A DNA stretch of 64,000 nucleotides from Eledone cirrhosa (Eukaryota): positions 25,668,001 through 25,732,000 of the forward strand of contig OZ024752.1 of the NCBI GenBank assembly GCA_964016885.1, written 5' to 3'. The stretch's first letter is position 1, and the number at the start of each line of letters is the position of its first letter. Below, one piece after another: positions 58,700 through 64,000 of the stretch. The notes below the pieces were generated by a model, which ran no database searches, was not told the origin of the DNA, and saw nothing but the letters and a program-made list of their open reading frames with translations. The position numbers and the translations under genes are program-made.

Positions 58700-58950
58700 G
58701 CTGGTGAATTCGAGAAGGAGAGGGGTGCCCTTCCCGGGTGCCCTAGGAGCGTCGGGTGGCTCAGGACTGGTGGGGTGCTTGAGTCAACCCTGGGTGGTGA
58801 TCCCTCTTATTGGGGAACTTTCATTGTTGTATTTTTATTGTTATTTTGTTTTTTTGTTATTTATACTTACTCGATCTCTATGTAAACCCCCACTGTCCCT
58901 GTCTATTGTGTTGTCCCCTATATGTCGGCCCTTGTGGCCAATAAATGAAA

Positions 58951-58987
<37 letters not shown>

Positions 58988-59210
58988 GGTGGTGGATTGG
59001 TAGTATCGGTAGAGCATCGGACAACATGGTTTGCAGCAGATAGTTATGGTCCATTACGTTCTGAGTTCAAATCCCGCCGAGGTTAACTTTGCCTTTCATC
59101 TTTACTGCGTTGATAAAATGAAGTACCAGTAATGCATTGGGGTCGATTTAATTGACTCTGCCATCCCCTAAAATTGCTGGCATAGTGTCTATATAAGAAA
59201 CAATTATTAC
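58988..59210 (+). mobile_element. tRNA-derived SINE family A directly after the Tx1 (ATT)n tail
   Basis: Head ggtggattggtagtatcggtagag, B-box, core, and tail aaacaattatt. Confidence 0.85.
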
Positions 59211-59214
59211 TTTG

Positions 59215-59575
59215 ATATCTTAGTCATTGATGTTATTTAGCCGGAAATTTGCCCTAATGAACATTAAACCAATGCCTGCAGCCTCAGATATTCAGGACAT
59301 ATCGGAGGGTCCTCGCTGTTCCCAGTAGGCCTACCTTCTGGAGTGTTCCAAACAGGGGGAGCTAGGCTAATGTTCTTTAACTATCCTTGAAAGTTTTTCC
59401 AGATAGTACCTAGTGTTCGTATGATGATGGGGACGACCTTGATATGACAATTCAAAATCCTTTTCTGTTCCCACTTTAATTCCAGGTACCGGCTAATTTT
59501 CTTCTCCTTTTCTTGCACTCTTGTGTCAAAAGGGAAAGCTACATCTATAATCAAGCAAGATCTTTTTTCCTTTCC
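59215..59575 (-). mobile_element. R4/Dong-like (restriction-like endonuclease) non-LTR retrotransposon 3' fragment
   Basis: CLIIDVAFPFDTRVQEKEK..KISRY.EL..VVPIII.TLG, then QKVGLLGTARTLRYVL. Confidence 0.7.
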
Positions 59576-59820
59576 CAAAATTGCTGGCCCTGTACCTAAA
59601 CCAGAAACCATTATTATTATTATTTGGCAGTATCGGTAGAGGGTCGGACGCCATGCTTTGCAGCAAAGAGTTACGCTCTTTATGGTCTGAGTTCAAATCC
59701 CACCGAGGTTAACTTTGCATTTCATCCACACAGGGTCGATAAAATAAAGTACCAGTAATGTACTGGGTAATTGCTGGCCTTGTGCCAAAAGTAGAAACAA
59801 TTATTATCATTATTATTATT
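59576..59820 (+). mobile_element. SINE family A tail followed by a second SINE A inserted in its (ATT)n
   Basis: Tail ...agaaaccattattattatt, then tggcagtatcggtagag... ending aaacaattattatcattattatt. Confidence 0.82.
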
Positions 59821-60907
59821 ACAACATCTCAATACATTGAAAATGAACATAGCTGTGTATGTGTGTTAGAAATTAATATTATTTTAGCATAATCAGTGAT
59901 TGATAAATATTTTCTTTTCAATTACATTCAATGACAACTAAGATGGATGTTTCTTATTTTAAATTTAAATTTTCTTTTATATTGAACATATTTATCATAA
60001 CATTATTATTGTTGTTAAAACTAATATTATTATTATAACTGTCGGATTTGTCTTGGGATTTGCTCGTGCCACTTTGCTGTCATTTGAATCTGTTTTTTTT
60101 TTAAATTCCCATCAAGACTTAATTGCAGTTAAGATTAATTAAGATTAAAATCAGATACTATTATTCTCTTTAATATGAAGAGTTGACGAAGCATGGCATC
60201 GCAGTCATTAGGTTGTGTGTTCGATCCCACTACATAGCATATTGGGTAAATGTCATTTATCGTAGCCTGGTGTCAAGCCATGCTTTATGAGTAGACGGAA
60301 ACTGTTTGGAATCCTGTCAGATAGTATGTACATATTGTGTCACGTTGAATATCCCCAAGAATTACGTTAAGGGTTACATGTGTTTGTGGAATACTCAACC
60401 ACGTACACGTTAATTTCAACAGTAAGCTGTTTCGTTGATCGAACAACTGGAACATTCAACATAAATATAAATAAGAGAAGACAAAGAGAAGAAAAGACAA
60501 CGAATGAAAACAAAGCAATACGAAAAAAAACTTTTTGAAGGCGAAACTTAAAAATAATTTTATATATATATATCTCTATATATATATTTGTTTTGCAAGG
60601 TTTTTGATATGAAATCGTGTGTCGAAACAAATAATGTTATACTTGGGGAAGGTCATATTGTTGTAATAATATTGCCAGAAATAATAACAGAACACACTCA
60701 TTGTTTGGTTGGTTTTCGCTTCTGTATCTTTTATATCTCCATAGTTAATTTATTTGGCAATCAATGTTTATCAATACAGATATAAATATATATATATATA
60801 TAGTCTATCAAAATTCTTTCGTTGCATATCTGCAACATCATCAGTGGTACTATTATGTTTCTTCCTATTGTATTGTGTTGTATTGTATGTCTACGCCATT
60901 TTTATTT

Positions 60908-60938
<31 letters not shown>

Positions 60939-61319
60939 TTTCTTCTTGTCTCTGTCTCTGTCTCTGTCTCTGTTGCCCGGACCGCGATTGTAAGGTCTCT
61001 TTCATTCCCGATGATTTCAGTGCGATATATACAGGGACCTCGTTTGCCTTAAAAATGTGAGGGGGACAAACCAACATTTGTTGATTCTTAAAGGAGCATA
61101 AATTGCTTATGGTGCCTTTCCCGGACCCTATCACATAAGTAACATTTTACGCTATTTAAATTTTATATATTCAAATGAAGTTCAGATATAAAAAGATAAG
61201 CTTAAAAAGGATTTATTATATCAAATAAACAAAAAATGAAACATAGACGTTTGAAAAGGTTTGTGTGTGTTGGGGGGGGGGGGGGCAAGGTCCCCTGGTA
61301 CCCTCTGAAACAAGGCCCT

Positions 61320-61407
<88 letters not shown>

Positions 61408-61500
61408 ATATAAAAATGGCTTCCCTGTATTAAGTATCTTACTTACTATGGTTACCCCCGATTGAACCCGGGATTAACTATATATATATATATATTTATA

Positions 61501-61544
<44 letters not shown>

Positions 61545-61710
61545 TAAATCTACAAATCAATGGTAGCGTCTAAACCGTATGAAGAACTCAATGTAATCCG
61601 TATGTAGAAGATGTGAAGCAAAGTTTAAAATACAAAATTCATTGGATACAGAGTCAAAAATAGAAATATTAAAACAATGAAATTAAACAAAAAACGGTTA
61701 ATTCATAGTA

Positions 61711-61863
61711 AAACTCAGATTTCTGAAGACGACGAGTAGCGAAGACGTATGTATATTTTCTTACTATGATATTTTGTAATATATTTTACATAGATCAATA
61801 ATAGAATGGACATACGGGGAACTAACCCCCCCCCCCCAGAAACGATCGTAAAATAATGAGTTT
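61711..61863 (+). ncRNA. Hammerhead ribozyme with long stem II, diverged relative of 37603-37757, in fold-back cassette 61541-61905
   Basis: aaactcagattt-CTGAAGA-[~110 nt]-GAAA-cgatcg-TA-aaataatgagttt. 61541-61700 is an inverted homologue of 37760-37952. Confidence 0.75.
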
Positions 61864-62333
61864 TACTATGAATTAACCGTTTTTTGTTTAATTTAATTGT
61901 TTTAATATATATATATATATATATATATGTATTTATGTATGTATATATGTATGAATATTGGTTTTAACAGTCGAGTGAGGTAAGGAGACGAACCATATCC
62001 TTGCATCATCACGTTATGTAATTGTGAATGGTTTTGAACTGGGTCATGAGTGAAGTCCGTCTAACAAAAACATAGAAGCATTTTCTATATTAAACCTCCG
62101 TTGTCGTCACTCTACGTATGTATTGTGTACCTTATTTACTATGGATACCCCTTATTGTACTCGTATAAGTTGCGTTGATAAAGGGTAATTAGACAAGAGC
62201 ACTCTACGTCAGGCGTATATATCCACCATTACTATGGCAATCAAAAGCGACGGAGTTTCTATATGAATAATGTTACATAATCGTATTTATTGCATGTGTA
62301 TGTATGTATTTATGTATTTATGTATTTATGTAC

Positions 62334-62403
<70 letters not shown>

Positions 62404-63027
62404 GTGTGTATGTTTGTGTGTGTGAATCCCGGGTTCAATCGGGGGTAACCACAGTAAGGTACTCAATACATAGTATATACAGTATTTTATATATATATAT
62501 ATATATAATTGGATACTTAGTAAAATCGAATCTCTGGCGGTGTGCAAGCAAATTCGGCCTACTATGTGAATGAGTTAGCAAAGCACTCGACAAGGTAGGT
62601 CCTTAGAGTAATAACATACGTTTAAATAGCTTGACAAATTGAACATTGTGGTAGGTAAAATCTAACACACAATATACCAAAGTAACGAAAAAACTAACAG
62701 GTTGAGAAAAATACACCTGGACAAATTAAACGTTATACGTTTAAAGTGTTTCTATGAATCCGAAATCAAATATCAGACTTACGTAACTGGCAAGCTCGTG
62801 GTATTCATGATCGACAGAGGATTCAGTTCATCAACAGGTTTTCGTTCTACCAAAGAATGGGGCGAGAAGCTAAATGTTGCCGCTAGGTGCAGCATATCGT
62901 CGCGTGTTATTTCCAGCAAGGGAAATAACCCCCGGTTTTTGGCGGGTCATTCAAAATGTTAGACAAAGGAAATATTATAATTTCCGCTAACTATCAGAAT
63001 AAGCTCTCGACCAGATGTTATTAAACA

Positions 63028-63028
<1 letters not shown>

Positions 63029-63092
<64 letters not shown>

Positions 63093-63103
63093 ACACACAC
63101 ACA

Positions 63104-63184
<81 letters not shown>

Positions 63185-63204
63185 TTATATATATATATAT
63201 ATAT

Positions 63205-63276
<72 letters not shown>
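63029..63276. repeat. (CA)n plus (TA)n microsatellite
   Basis: Direct reading. Confidence 0.96.
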
Positions 63277-63277
<1 letters not shown>

Positions 63278-63517
63278 AGGTCACAGAATGTGTGACGAAA
63301 GAACTTTGACAATATATAAACAACCATCTGGTTGTGGACCAACCAACCAACCGGAAATTTATAAATTCCTAAATTTATAAATTTATTATAATAAATTGAA
63401 GTGAAAGCAACTGGTGCATGTGTTTCTTATTGGCAACATGACCCTCCCAAAGTATAACAATATCGGTTTCAACACACGTTTTCAGATAAAGAATCTTGGT
63501 AAACAAATTCAGAAACG

Positions 63518-63558
<41 letters not shown>

Positions 63559-63883
63559 AATTGACTGGTTATAACTTTGTATTGGATATCGAATAACGTG
63601 AAAACAAGCGGGTAGCGATCTCTAGACCTACCAGTTCAGAGAAACAATTGTCACCAATGAGATTAAAAACCTTTTTTGTATAGCAAACCGTGTCACTCTT
63701 CTTTCCTGATTTATCATTACTCAAAGTGTTTACAACATAGGAATTACAGCGTACTCGCAACATCACTATGGAAACGCCTTGTTGAGTCAAACTTAGCCAA
63801 GCGTTGATATCATCCACTACCCAGAGTACCATAACTGGACTACACTTAAGTGGACTACCTACAACAATAATCTGTTACCCTGT

Positions 63884-63967
<84 letters not shown>

Positions 63968-64000
63968 ACTCCGGATGTCGGTGAGCATGTCCAGCCAACC

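Larger units (their letters stand above)
53128..58987 (+). mobile_element. Tx1/L1-clade LINE, element 2, full length, (ATT)n tail
   Basis: 5' UTR, ORF1, intact ORF2, 3' UTR, then AATAAA and (ATT)n. Confidence 0.95.

Noticed and set aside
63569-63832. 87-aa minus-strand ORF and a short similarity to 26395-26430 (ttgactcaacaag)
   Set aside because: No recognisable domain, and the match is too short to support a call.

Overview
Eukaryotic, repeat-saturated genomic DNA with no confidently identifiable host gene. The repeat families (RTE LINEs with (CAT)n tails, tRNA-derived SINEs, very long (TA)n arrays) suggest a cephalopod such as octopus; this is inference. Most ORFs in the track are artefacts of (TA)n/(CA)n microsatellites. 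Real coding remnants are all retroelements: three RTE fragments, a 5'-truncated CR1-type LINE with an open 811-aa frame, a head-to-tail array of Tx1/L1-clade LINEs separated by (ATT)n (one with an intact 1139-aa ORF2), three Penelope-like (PLE) GIY-YIG endonuclease fragments and an R4/Dong-like fragment. The main hidden signal is non-coding: about 20 hammerhead ribozyme (HHR) motifs from roughly 10 sequence families. They lie in PLE 3' ends, fold-back inverted repeats and ORF-less tandem (retrozyme-like) units, and several have unusually long stem II hairpins. One HHR cassette (42.6-43.1 kb) carries about 34 same-strand A-to-G changes confined to the two arms of an inverted repeat. This looks like ADAR hyper-editing of a hairpin RNA that was then reverse-transcribed back into the genome. 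All folds and alignments were done by eye.
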